Below are positions 47,494-57,800 of a stretch of DNA of 64,000 nucleotides, piece after piece. Under the pieces are notes generated by a model that saw only the letters and a list, made by a program, of their open reading frames with translations, did not search any database and had not been told where the DNA came from. Position numbers and translations under genes: made by a program. The first letter of the stretch is position 1. Each line of letters starts with the position of its first letter. The DNA is taken from positions 160,001-224,000 of the forward strand of contig CAVWVI010000001.1 in NCBI GenBank assembly GCA_963758495.1. The letters are read 5' to 3'. Source of the stretch: Oligoflexia bacterium (GTDB lineage: Bacteria; Bdellovibrionota; UBA1018).

Positions 47494-49593
47494 TTAAAGC
47501 CGCATTTCAAGACTCGAGTAAACTGCTCTTCCTGGTCCGCCTGGCATAGTATTCACTCCGGGAGTATAATAAGTTGGAACATAATAGGCAGCATCCAATA
47601 GATTGGTTCCATATAAGGCCAGTTTCATATCAGGTGTAGAGCTACTCAAGGAAAGAAGCTGTTTCAAATTCAATGTCACATTTGCCGTTAAGAGATTATA
47701 GGCAGTTGATGCAGGATTTGTGACCAAATTGGCTGGAAAAGCAATCGCGTTACTCCCGTAAGCAGTGATATAGGAATCAAACACGCCCAGAGAAACTGAC
47801 TTCAGCTCATACCCCACTCCCGCCTTTGCGATCCAAGAGGGTGTGAACGAGACCCCGGTATTGCCATTTCCATCATTACTTTCTTGATAGGTAAGAGAAC
47901 CTAGAAAATAAATATTACTGGTAGGTAAATATTTGGATTCTAATTCCATGCCCATTAAATTTAACTGCTGTGAATTATAATAAGACCTGTTAGTCGCACT
48001 TCCTATTTGTGGTTCTTGAACAATTAAGCTGGACTGATGACTATAGAAAAAACCGAGAGAGGATTGAAAACTGGGGTGATTATAAAAGAATTGAAGGTCT
48101 GCTGTATCGATGAATTCAGGAGATAAACTGGGATTACCTACCACATTGATACCACCTCCCAGCGGGATACTTGCATCTGTTTGAGGAGGTGTAGGAGCAT
48201 TAAATGCTTGTCCATAGAGTGCCTTGAGTCCGAATTCAGGTGTAAAATGAGCCACAGCACCTAAACGTGGCACAAAGGAACCTGTATAAGGGGTTTGATT
48301 GAATTGAGCGCCCGCAATCAATTTAAGACCAGGGGTGAGCTGGTAGTCGAGCTGAGAATAAACAGCATACCAATATTGGACCCAGGCTAGATTCAAGTTG
48401 TCTATTTCACCTGACATTCTGTTGATGACCACTCCTGAAACCAAATTTAAGTTGTCTATCAACTTTCCTCGAACGGTGGTTTCCCATCGACTATCGTTCG
48501 TTCTATATTGATTGATAGCAGTGGGATACCCGAGAGGTTGATTGACTGATGACTTCAAGAGTAAGTCTGTGTATCCCCCGACATTGGAAATATGTGTTTC
48601 TAAGTTCCAATTTTGAGCTAGGTCTAATTTATAACCTAAATCCAAAAAGAATTTAGTATTACTGATCCATCCCGCAGCTCCATCCGTAGGAAGTCTCCAG
48701 TCGTATTGATTCGTGTGGCCGTAAAAAGTAGAAAGCTCCAGATTCTTATAAGCAGCGGTGGTGGTGAACCCTACGTTTCCATGTTGGTAGGCATTCCCTG
48801 AAACATTGTGTCCGGTTACAGAGTTAGCGCTTAATAGCCAGCCGTCTGTGTCTAAATATTTCAAGGCACTACTCACTCTTAAACCCGTTTCATCTGACTG
48901 AAAGTTTGAATAAGCTTCCACTGCTTTCGTATTAAAAGTGCCGTATTTGGGCGCAACCGATAAATGAACCCCTTGATCCTTTTTAGTGATAATATTGATC
49001 ACACCAGAGTATGCATTGGTGCCGTAGAGGACTGAGCCGGGTCCTTTTACAATTTCTATCTGCTGAATGGCTGAAATTGGAAAAGAAGAATAAATAGCTT
49101 GATTATAGGCTCCTACATAACTATCTCGATTGATAGGATTCCCATCCATCAGGACAAGCATATGAGTATCGAATCCTCGGGGGGTATCTCCACGAACCAG
49201 AATGGTATTATTATTGGTGAAGGTCTCATAGATAGGTAAAACACTTGCGACACGGGAAAGTAACTCCGTCAAATCATTTGCACCAAATAATTCTATTTCA
49301 TGTGCTGTAATAACGGACACGACTCCGGGGGCGTCATAAGAGTTCTCGACTCGCTTAGAAGAAGTCGTTACATTAAGATTCATAAGATCTTCTAAGCTGA
49401 GATCCGACACACTCCCTTTACCAGCTGGAGGAATCAATACATCCGAACTCTCGATTTTATCGTTTGCCCCAGCAAAATGAACGCTGGAAAATACAAGCAA
49501 ACAAAAAATAAACAATGAAAAACCTTTGCGAATAAGGCCCAAGAAATGACACATAACATCCCCCCAAATTATAATACTCATAATTCGTATCAA
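47494..49593 (-). CDS. TonB-dependent receptor
   Basis: LSLEDLMNLNVTTSSK, VSVITA.EI, IEIVKGPGSVLYG.NA..GVINIITK and NLLD..Y. Confidence 0.92.
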   Translation of the reverse strand: MIRIMSIIIWGDVMCHFLGLIRKGFSLFIFCLLVFSSVHFAGANDKIESSDVLIPPAGKGSVSDLSLEDLMNLNVTTSSKRVENSYDAPGVVSVITAHEIELFGANDLTELLSRVASVLPIYETFTNNNTILVRGDTPRGFDTHMLVLMDGNPINRDSYVGAYNQAIYSSFPISAIQQIEIVKGPGSVLYGTNAYSGVINIITKKDQGVHLSVAPKYGTFNTKAVEAYSNFQSDETGLRVSSALKYLDTDGWLLSANSVTGHNVSGNAYQHGNVGFTTTAAYKNLELSTFYGHTNQYDWRLPTDGAAGWISNTKFFLDLGYKLDLAQNWNLETHISNVGGYTDLLLKSSVNQPLGYPTAINQYRTNDSRWETTVRGKLIDNLNLVSGVVINRMSGEIDNLNLAWVQYWYAVYSQLDYQLTPGLKLIAGAQFNQTPYTGSFVPRLGAVAHFTPEFGLKALYGQAFNAPTPPQTDASIPLGGGINVVGNPSLSPEFIDTADLQFFYNHPSFQSSLGFFYSHQSSLIVQEPQIGSATNRSYYNSQQLNLMGMELESKYLPTSNIYFLGSLTYQESNDGNGNTGVSFTPSWIAKAGVGYELKSVSLGVFDSYITAYGSNAIAFPANLVTNPASTAYNLLTANVTLNLKQLLSLSSSTPDMKLALYGTNLLDAAYYVPTYYTPGVNTMPGGPGRAVYSSLEMRL

Positions 49594-49726
49594 TAATATT
49601 TTCTATTATTTAGAGGATAAGCTTATGGGTCTTTTTATAAGTCGTCAAATAATAATAATAATAACCCTGACAGGAGAGTTAAACCGTAAGCACTCAAGGA
49701 ACTACTTACTTAAGCCCATCCTAAAA

Positions 49727-51070
49727 TCAGTGGGATACTTCTCGGACAACAATCCCAAAAGACTTGGACCCTAAATGATTCGCCACTCCTGGTTTTATAA
49801 CTGAGGACAGAGGAGTTATGGATTTAGGTTGAGCTTGAGACTTCACCTGAGGCTTAAATGAATGCTTAGACTTAGACTTAGGCTGAGGCTTAGGTTGAGA
49901 CTTAGGCTTGAAAACCGTAGGTTGACTCGACCTAGATTGAGTAGGCATAGATGGATACTCTTTATTCTCTATCAGTTTGACATGAGTAGTCTTCTCAATC
50001 AGTCTAGAAATATCCTTCCATAAACCCCTTTCCTCCGGGGTCACGAGAGATACTGCTTCGCCCTCTCGATCGGCCCTTGCGGTACGACCGATACGATGAA
50101 CATAATCCTCAGGCACTTGCGGCAAATCATAGTTAATAACATGGGCAATATGAGCAACGTCGATTCCTCTGGCTGCGATATCGGTGGCTACTAAAATTCT
50201 GAATTTTCCATCTTTAAAACCTGCAAGTGCTAAATTTCGCTGCCCCTGACTTCGCCCTCCATGAATCCGACTTACTTTATGGCCATATCCTGTTAGAAAA
50301 TGAGCCACACGATCCGTTCGAGCCTTAGTGCGGGTAAAAATTAAAACAGATCCTTGTCTTAAGTTCAGCTCATCCATCAAAACATCATTCTTTTTTGTGA
50401 CTGTTGTATGCACTATGGATTGAACGATTTTCTTAGCAGGTTGCGAAATAGCACCTACTGTTACACGAATAGGATTTCTAAGATATTTTCCTGCTAGTTT
50501 TTGAATATCAGGAGGAAGAGTTGCCGAGAAAAGCAAAGTTTGTCTGTCCTTCGGTAAAAATCTTAAAATTTGATTGAGTTGCGGAGCAAATCCCATATCT
50601 AACATTCGGTCGGCCTCATCTAAGACCAAAATCTCTGTATTCATCAAAGCGAGGCTTCTTCGACTCAGGTGATCCACCAAGCGTCCAGGTGTTGCAACAA
50701 TAATTCTAGGCTGTCTTGAGATACTTTTGAGCTGAGACTTCATCGAAGTCCCACCTATCAGAAGCACACTCTTGAGTTCAGGTGTAAAATAAGTCAGCTT
50801 CACTAAAACTTCTTGAATCTGGGCTGCCAATTCGCGAGTAGGCACTAAAATCAATGCAGTTTTACCAGGAGTTTTAAGTAACTTAACAATGATAGGTAAA
50901 CTGAATGCTGCTGTTTTGCCTGTTCCAGTCTGCGCACACCCGATTAAATCTTGATCCGAAAATACCACAGGGATAGCCTGAGCTTGAATAGGTGTAGGCT
51001 TCTCAAACCCCATCTTCATGAGTGCTTTATCTAAAGCTTGCGGCAACTGTAACTCTTTAAAACTTTGCAG
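49727..51070 (-). CDS. DEAD-box RNA helicase (probable CTG start at 51070)
   Basis: PTPIQ, AQTGTGKT, PTRELA, DEAD, SAT and HRIGRTAR; K/P/Q/S-rich tail. Confidence 0.95.
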   Translation of the reverse strand: MQSFKELQLPQALDKALMKMGFEKPTPIQAQAIPVVFSDQDLIGCAQTGTGKTAAFSLPIIVKLLKTPGKTALILVPTRELAAQIQEVLVKLTYFTPELKSVLLIGGTSMKSQLKSISRQPRIIVATPGRLVDHLSRRSLALMNTEILVLDEADRMLDMGFAPQLNQILRFLPKDRQTLLFSATLPPDIQKLAGKYLRNPIRVTVGAISQPAKKIVQSIVHTTVTKKNDVLMDELNLRQGSVLIFTRTKARTDRVAHFLTGYGHKVSRIHGGRSQGQRNLALAGFKDGKFRILVATDIAARGIDVAHIAHVINYDLPQVPEDYVHRIGRTARADREGEAVSLVTPEERGLWKDISRLIEKTTHVKLIENKEYPSMPTQSRSSQPTVFKPKSQPKPQPKSKSKHSFKPQVKSQAQPKSITPLSSVIKPGVANHLGSKSFGIVVREVSH

Positions 51071-51219
51071 AAAAACTCCTGTACATCATATCATTATAAG
51101 AAATATTTTTATGTTTAAATTTGAAACCATCTAAGAATGTCCCGTGTTTACGCGGGAGTTCTTTAATTTTTACACAATAACATACTACGTCAGAGATAGA
51201 TATTAAAAATACACATGAT

Positions 51220-51948
51220 TTAGCGACTCATCTTCTTCCAAAAGTCATTCACGGCTGCTTGAGCCTGGAGACATTGATTTGTAGTTAACGCTGTCGATGA
51301 GTCATAAATAACCGGATTCATTACATCTAAAGGATCATTGAGATGACCTAAACTCAAATAATGCCCCAGCTCGTGAGCTACGATATTAGCAAATGTGCCT
51401 ACAGAGGATTCCATCACCACCCCATAGACCCCTTGCCCCGGCATATTGGTCCAAGCATTAGCAGTTGATTTTCCTAAAGAGCCTGTACGATTCCATCTTC
51501 CGGTAGTCACAATGAGAAACTCAGAATCACTTTGAAAGGCACTTCGAATCTTATCCAACTCAGAAATATCCCGAGTATTGAACTGCAACCGATAGGCTTC
51601 TGAATCTACAGCCAAGTACTGATCCATTTGAAACTCGATATTGCAGGCATTCCATATAGAATTTATCCCATCGATGTTATCCAGAGATTGCTGCTCACTT
51701 AATACTGGAACGCCCGTGTTCGATTGATAAACGACAAATCTTAATCCTATGCAAAAATGATTGGGATCAGACGAATGGCATGGCGATCCAATCTGAGACG
51801 AACGAGAACTTGGATCTGAACGATGAGCATTTCTATCATCTTGATCCAGCACAATACCTGGTTTTGATAAAGCGCCCTCGCAGGCATCTAGACTCAATAA
51901 AAGAAATAAAAAAGCAAAAACAAGAATATCCATTCTTGGATATTTCAC
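51220..51948 (-). CDS. Secreted metzincin zinc metalloprotease (matrixin/M43-like)
   Basis: HELGHYLSLGH plus Met-turn DVMNP; signal peptide. Confidence 0.85.
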   Translation of the reverse strand: MKYPRMDILVFAFLFLLLSLDACEGALSKPGIVLDQDDRNAHRSDPSSRSSQIGSPCHSSDPNHFCIGLRFVVYQSNTGVPVLSEQQSLDNIDGINSIWNACNIEFQMDQYLAVDSEAYRLQFNTRDISELDKIRSAFQSDSEFLIVTTGRWNRTGSLGKSTANAWTNMPGQGVYGVVMESSVGTFANIVAHELGHYLSLGHLNDPLDVMNPVIYDSSTALTTNQCLQAQAAVNDFWKKMSR

Positions 51949-52027
51949 CCCTATTCTTCCTCCGTAAATACGACCTCTTGGAAAATCGCTTTGTGAGTTA
52001 TACGAAGCAGGTAAGAATAGGTTTCAG

Positions 52028-52861
52028 TTAAAAAAATGGTTCGGGCGATTGGGATTGAACCAACGACCCCCACCGTGTCAAGGTGGTGCTCTCCCGCTGA
52101 GCTACGCCCGAACATGACGTATTATGATGAATTCCTTCATCGGAAATTGGGTTATAGCTTCGCTGAGTCCGGCAGTCAAACCAAAATCTCTGGTACGCCT
52201 CTAATATCAATAACTCTCCTAAGGTTTGAAATTCAGACTCTGACTGTTCTTTTAATAGAAAATCCACGGGGGCATCCAACCCACAGGGACGCAACCCTTT
52301 AAAGCTAGTGGGTGTTTTAAAACCATTGACAGCCAATCCATGTAAAAGAACTCCATTTTCAACATGCACGCCGACCGCAGCAAACTTTCCCTGGTCGGTC
52401 CAAACGCCCATTTCGCTACCCTCACGGATATGGGCACCTGAATCATAAGACCGCCCTACATCTAAAGCAACCTGAAGCAGGGTTTCCACTGCCTTACGAA
52501 CTCCACGAGGATCTCCCGTGAGCTTTTCGATGTGATCCACCGGAAAAAGAATCCACTGCCCAGGACCATGATAAGTTGCTAATCCCCCTCGGTCACTCCA
52601 ATGAACGTCCATGGAAGGGTCCAAAATATCCCCATCTGGAGTTCTACGTCCTCGCGTGATCACAGGGGCCACTTCCGAAAGAAGAAGCACCCCTTCCCCA
52701 CCCTCTCTCACTCTTGCTGCGATCTCACGTTGCCTCAAATCGAGGGCGGAGTAAGTCCACAGAGAGTCTGCTTGATGCCGTCTAACCTCCACAGGAATCG
52801 GAACATTAGTAGAGTTGAACAAGGTCACCTTCCCTGAAATTTCCACCCGTATGGACTTCAC
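52028..52861 (-). CDS. lipB: Lipoyl(octanoyl) transferase (start uncertain; frame extends through tRNA-Val)
   Basis: PVIT.GRR, DRGGLATYHGPGQ, GVW...KFAAVG, HGLAVN and PCGL. Confidence 0.88.
   Translation of the reverse strand: MKSIRVEISGKVTLFNSTNVPIPVEVRRHQADSLWTYSALDLRQREIAARVREGGEGVLLLSEVAPVITRGRRTPDGDILDPSMDVHWSDRGGLATYHGPGQWILFPVDHIEKLTGDPRGVRKAVETLLQVALDVGRSYDSGAHIREGSEMGVWTDQGKFAAVGVHVENGVLLHGLAVNGFKTPTSFKGLRPCGLDAPVDFLLKEQSESEFQTLGELLILEAYQRFWFDCRTQRSYNPISDEGIHHNTSCSGVAQRESTTLTRWGSLVQSQSPEPFF
52037..52111 (-). tRNA. tRNA-Val (GAC)
   Basis: TCGGGCG/CGCCCGA acceptor stem; CCACC-TT-GAC-AC-GGTGG anticodon arm; GTTCAATC; encoded CCA. Confidence 0.95.
52151..52179 (-). promoter_or_regulatory. 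Sigma70 promoter for tRNA-Val lying inside the lipB frame
   Basis: TTGACT-17 nt-TATAAC, 40 bp upstream of the tRNA. Confidence 0.7.
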
Positions 52862-53795
52862 TTACCGCTCCATCAGGCCCAATAAAATCCACAATCTCAA
52901 GAGTTCCTTTTAATTGACCTTGTGAACGCCCCAAATAAGCGCCCGTGACCGGATCATAAATATCCTCACCTGGATTCAAAACGCGTAAAATATCTCCCCC
53001 GATCAAACCAGACGTTCGGCCTGCATTCACATAAAATTTAGGTCCAATCACTTTCGCAATTCGTCCTTGCCAGGTCATTTTTTCGATAGCCCTTAACACA
53101 TCAGGAATCACCCCTGCAACAGCTTCCCGAACTGCAGCCTGAGCAAGGTCAAACCTAAATGCTGGAGTGTCTGGAGTCGGATAGGATGAATCATAAGTTG
53201 AAACGCCGCTGCTGGATGCTTCGCCAGATCGAGCTGCAGCAAGAACTTCACGCCCCCCCTGAACATCAAAGACTTTGGTTTCTAGAGACACTGCGAGTAA
53301 TGATTGTTTTTGATGAAAAAATCCTATGTCGTCGCCCTTTTGCCGAAAAACCACCTTGGTGATTCTTCCAATGATTATGATCGTAACACCCATTTTTCGA
53401 CCTTCTGCGATCAGCTGTGCTACTTTTACCTGCTCCCCTTCAACAAAATCACTTGTACTCAGAGTCGTTTTTACATCATGAGGAAGAATGACCCGCTGAG
53501 AAATCAAAAGTGCGCGTTTTAATTCATCCGCTGCAAATTCTCCTATTCCATCTTGCCTGACTGGGGTGTCATTCCAAAAACCCAGTATCATGACCCTTTT
53601 TTTAGGCTGGCCCAGTAACTCCACTTTTTGCGTAGCAGTTAAACTTGCCGTCCCCTCATAGTAATTCTTGCTTCCATCTATTCTTCCAAATTCTTCTTCA
53701 TGAAGAAACTGGTGCGAACGCTGACATGCAGTCCCTATAAAAACGAATACAATAAAACTCCAGCTCAATCGGGATTTTGAATTGCTTTTCATCAT
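52806..53795 (-). CDS. CsgG/FlgT-like lipoprotein
   Basis: Lipobox GTAC; PKKRVMIL.F; C-terminal YVNAGR.SGL..GD.L. Confidence 0.7.
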   Translation of the reverse strand: MMKSNSKSRLSWSFIVFVFIGTACQRSHQFLHEEEFGRIDGSKNYYEGTASLTATQKVELLGQPKKRVMILGFWNDTPVRQDGIGEFAADELKRALLISQRVILPHDVKTTLSTSDFVEGEQVKVAQLIAEGRKMGVTIIIIGRITKVVFRQKGDDIGFFHQKQSLLAVSLETKVFDVQGGREVLAAARSGEASSSGVSTYDSSYPTPDTPAFRFDLAQAAVREAVAGVIPDVLRAIEKMTWQGRIAKVIGPKFYVNAGRTSGLIGGDILRVLNPGEDIYDPVTGAYLGRSQGQLKGTLEIVDFIGPDGAVSEVHTGGNFREGDLVQLY

Positions 53796-53797
53796 TT

Positions 53798-54790
53798 TTA
53801 ATGTACCACCACTTTCAATGATGGATCCTTCTCTGAATCAAGAATGACTTTCTCCATCTGTTTTTTAAATTCCTCATTCTTGCTTTTCAAATAAACTGCA
53901 AATACGACTCGCCCCTTTGAAAACTGTCGTTCATCAATAGAAGAAATATCTTTCATTAGGTCAGTCGCTCTATTTTTAATCCGAATGTATTGTGCAAAAT
54001 CTTTAATTCCAGAAACTTCAAGTAAAGTTTCCTCCTGCCCCTCTAAATCTGCAACCGATTGCTGCAAGGCAAACTTTGCGCCTAACTCTGTAAAAATATC
54101 CCCCATTAATTTAGCAGTAGCTCCGTCAAAACGATCAGATTCCTCCAATTCCTTTTGATGATTTTTTATGGCATCGGTCCCGAGCTGGAGAGAAGTTCGA
54201 ATGAAATACCGTTTTTCATCCGGGTGTAGGCTATCTTCCATATCTGTAGGTAAAACGCCCCAAGTGAGAGTAAAGGTAGCTATTGGGTTTTTCGGTGAAT
54301 TTTTCGGTGAATTTTTCGACGAATCTGGCGATGACACAATGAATCCACGTCGCTCCAAGGTGGATTGCACTAACATCTTTACATCTGCAAAACTCTCCAT
54401 ACACTTTGAGCAGCTCGTATCTGGCTGAAAGAGGACAGAAACTTTGGGATCTTTTTGATCTAGAAATTTGGGACCATAAAAAAGAAGATAACGCTTCAAG
54501 CTATCATAATCGACTTTTACTGTAAGTCCCTGACCGGACCCCCTATAATCTAAAATGAATCTTTGATACTGGGGAATTACCTCATTTTTATAAAGAAGCT
54601 TTTGCCAAGACTCAAGTTCTCCTAATTTAGGTTCAGCATCTTCCAATGCGGCTTTCAATTGGCTCTCAACGGACCGAGAAGAAGGCTGAGAAAAAGAGGG
54701 CTCTGAAAAACTAAAGGGTGACAAAACAGTCAATCCAAACAATAACGATATGACGACCCAAGTCAAAAAACAGCTACTTTTTCCGTTCAT
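53798..54790 (-). CDS. Exported hypothetical protein
   Basis: Signal peptide; C-terminal LEVSGIKDFAQY segment; in an operon with the CsgG-like gene. Confidence 0.65.
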   Translation of the reverse strand: MNGKSSCFLTWVVISLLFGLTVLSPFSFSEPSFSQPSSRSVESQLKAALEDAEPKLGELESWQKLLYKNEVIPQYQRFILDYRGSGQGLTVKVDYDSLKRYLLFYGPKFLDQKDPKVSVLFQPDTSCSKCMESFADVKMLVQSTLERRGFIVSSPDSSKNSPKNSPKNPIATFTLTWGVLPTDMEDSLHPDEKRYFIRTSLQLGTDAIKNHQKELEESDRFDGATAKLMGDIFTELGAKFALQQSVADLEGQEETLLEVSGIKDFAQYIRIKNRATDLMKDISSIDERQFSKGRVVFAVYLKSKNEEFKKQMEKVILDSEKDPSLKVVVH

Positions 54791-54846
54791 GAGACTAGTT
54801 TAGCGCAGTTATTCTAATAATTTGTTAAAAAAAGCTCTTGAGGATG

Positions 54847-57800
54847 TTACTTTAAACTCACTACGTCTTTGCCAAATATTCGATTAATGGATAAAATCAT
54901 TTGAGGAGTAGCCGCCACTCCTAATGTTTTAGGAAGTTCAAGGCGGGTGCTAAAAGTCTCATCTACAAACTCAATTCGAACAGGGCATTTACCTCGGCTA
55001 TGAAGAAGCTGCTTTTTCAATTCCCTGAGCTGATCTGCACTGACCTCTTGAGGCGCAAGTTGAATCACGATTTGCTGTACCCGACTCCGATGAGCTTCTG
55101 TAGCCCATTCGAGCGACTTGACCAATACTTTAGGAGCATCTTCTCCAAACTCAACTTCTCCCGTGACTATGACCGGCTCGGCCTCAGTCAAGGCTCGTTT
55201 TAAGAGCTCTTGAACAGCAGTATAAGTATCAGGAAAAAAGACCACTTCTACCTTGCCATTCAAATCCTCTAACTGAGCAAAGGCCATGCGAGAGCCTTTT
55301 TTGGTGGTCACTTCTTTAATTTCTCCCAAAAGCCCCCCTAGTTTGACTTCTGTTTTCGGCGCGCGATACCGGCCTCCACCGTAAGGCTCGCCCCAATTCG
55401 CACCATTGGATGCTGCAGAAGATGATGCAGGAGCTGACTTTTTGATTTGCTGCTTTTCTATTGCGACAGCCTTTAGCTTTTCAGTACTCCAACCCAACCA
55501 TTGTTCACAGATTTTCTGCCAACCATCCATGGGGTGCCCAGACACGTAAAAACCCACGACTTCTTTTTCAAGAGTCAATTTTTTTGAAGACGGCCAATCT
55601 GCTTCTTCTTTAAAAATCGCGTTAACTGGAGTGAGTAACTTAATTTCATCTGACGAAAAAGAATCAAATAACGAGGATTGTCCTAGCTCCCTTTCTTCCT
55701 GTTCATCACCTGCATGCTCAAGAAGAGCTTCCAAAGATGCAAACAAACTTGCACGATTCACTTCCGCAATCGAATCAAATGCTCCAGCCAAGCAAAGAGC
55801 TTCCATAACTTTTTTATTTACTTTACGTGTAGAAACCCTTTTACAAAAATCAAGTATGCTTTTAAATTTACCATTTGTACGTGCTTCGAGAATCGTATCC
55901 ACCGCAATACTGCCCACCCCTTTTATAGCTTCCAACCCGAAGCGAATGGCTTTACTAGATTCAGATTTTTCTTTTGTCTGGACCATCTCTACGCTAAATC
56001 GCTTTTGAGAAAAATTGACATCAGGCGAAAGCACTGGAATCTGGTGTTGACGTGCGTCACTGATGTATTTCGTTATTTTGTCAGTATTATCCATTTCCGT
56101 CGTAATTAACGCAGCCATGAATTCTGTTGGATAATGTGTTTTTAAATAGGCTGTTTGGTAAGTCAATGCTCCATAAGCTGCCGAATGAGATTTATTAAAA
56201 CCGTACTCAGCAAACTTTGCCATTAAATCAAAAATAGCTTCGGATTTCTCTGTTTTCAGTCCTTTCTCTAAGGCTCCTTTCACAAAGATTTCTCGATGTT
56301 TTGCCATTTCTTCTGGCTTCTTTTTACCCATGGCACGTCTCAGTAAATCAGCTTGACCCAAGGAGTACCCTGCTAATTCACGCGCAATTTGCATCACTTG
56401 TTCTTGATAGAGAATCACACCATAAGTATCTTTTAGAATCGACTCCAATGCAGGCACATCGTAAACTATAGATTTTCGACCATGCTTACGCTCGATGAAA
56501 TCGTCCACCATCCCTGACCCCAGTGGACCCGGACGATAAAGCGCATTGATAGCAGTCAGATCTTCCAAAGACCCCGGTTGAATCCGTGTGCAAAGATCTT
56601 TCATTCCGGAGCTCTCTACTTGAAAGACCCCATCTGTATCTCCAGAGCTAATCAGACCAAAAACGCTCGGGTCCTCATAATTCATTTGCTCTAATAAAAA
56701 GGAAGCCTCCGGAGTGCCAGGAGTTGCGACGAGTCGAACCATTTTGATCGCATTATCAATCACAGTTAGGGTCTTCAAACCTAAGAAGTCAAACTTAATG
56801 AGTCCAATCGCTTCAGAAAAATCTTTATCAAACTGGGTTACTAAATCTCCATCTCGACCCACATAAAGGGGACAGTAGGAGACCACAGGCTTTTCAGTAA
56901 TAATGACACCTGCTGCATGAATTCCTGCATTACGATAAAGACCTTCAAGCAAAAGCGCATATTGAATGACTTGAGAAATTTTAGGATCTGCCTCCATTCT
57001 CTCGCGAAGACGGGGCTCCATCTCCAAGGCTCGCTCAACAGTAATATCAAGCTCATCTGGAAGCAGCTTAGTCAGCTGATCAGTCTCCGCAAATGCAAGA
57101 CCTAAAACTCTTCCTACGTCCTTGATAACCGCACGAGCCTGAAGTTTTCCAAAAGTAATAATTTGGCAAACTCGTTCAGCTCCATATTTTCTAGATACAT
57201 AATCAATGACTTCACCGCGTCGATCTTGACAAAAGTCGACGTCAAAGTCAGGCATGCTGATTCGTTCAGGATTAATAAATCGTTCGAAAAGTAAATTAAA
57301 TTGAAGCGGATCAATATCCGTAATTCGAAGAGAATACGCCACCAAAGAGCCAGCACCTGATCCTCTACCTGGCCCTACCGGGATTCCATTACGCTTTGCC
57401 CAATTGATAAAATCTGCGACGATGAGAAAGTATCCCGAGAAACCGGTTCTCACAATCATCGTTAATTCGCCTTGGAGCCGCTCTTCATATCTTTTTTTCA
57501 ATTCCGGCCAATCCAGCGTTTGAACTTTTTTCTGAAATGAAGGTTCTTCAAACCTGACTTTGAGTCCTTTCTCAGCTTCTTCTCGAAAATAGGCAACAGG
57601 ATCAAATTCTGTACCCTTTTCTACATGGTCAGGAACAAAACGTGGCAAATGATAAATGGGTCTGCCTTTTTCATCTTTGAATTTAAACTCAAGATTGCAA
57701 CGCTCAGCAATCACTTGGGTATTATCACACGCTCTCGCAAACCTCTCAAAGCGCTCCCGCATGAGGGATTCGGACTTGAGATAATACTCAGAAGGTACAA

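Noticed and set aside
24717..52111. Intact prophage or integrative element at the three tRNAs
   Set aside because: No integrase or phage genes and no duplicated tRNA 3' end were seen
52036..52302. 88-aa + strand ORF (MVRAIGIEPTTPTVSRWCSPAELRP)
   Set aside because: This is the antisense translation of tRNA-Val, a common spurious ORF
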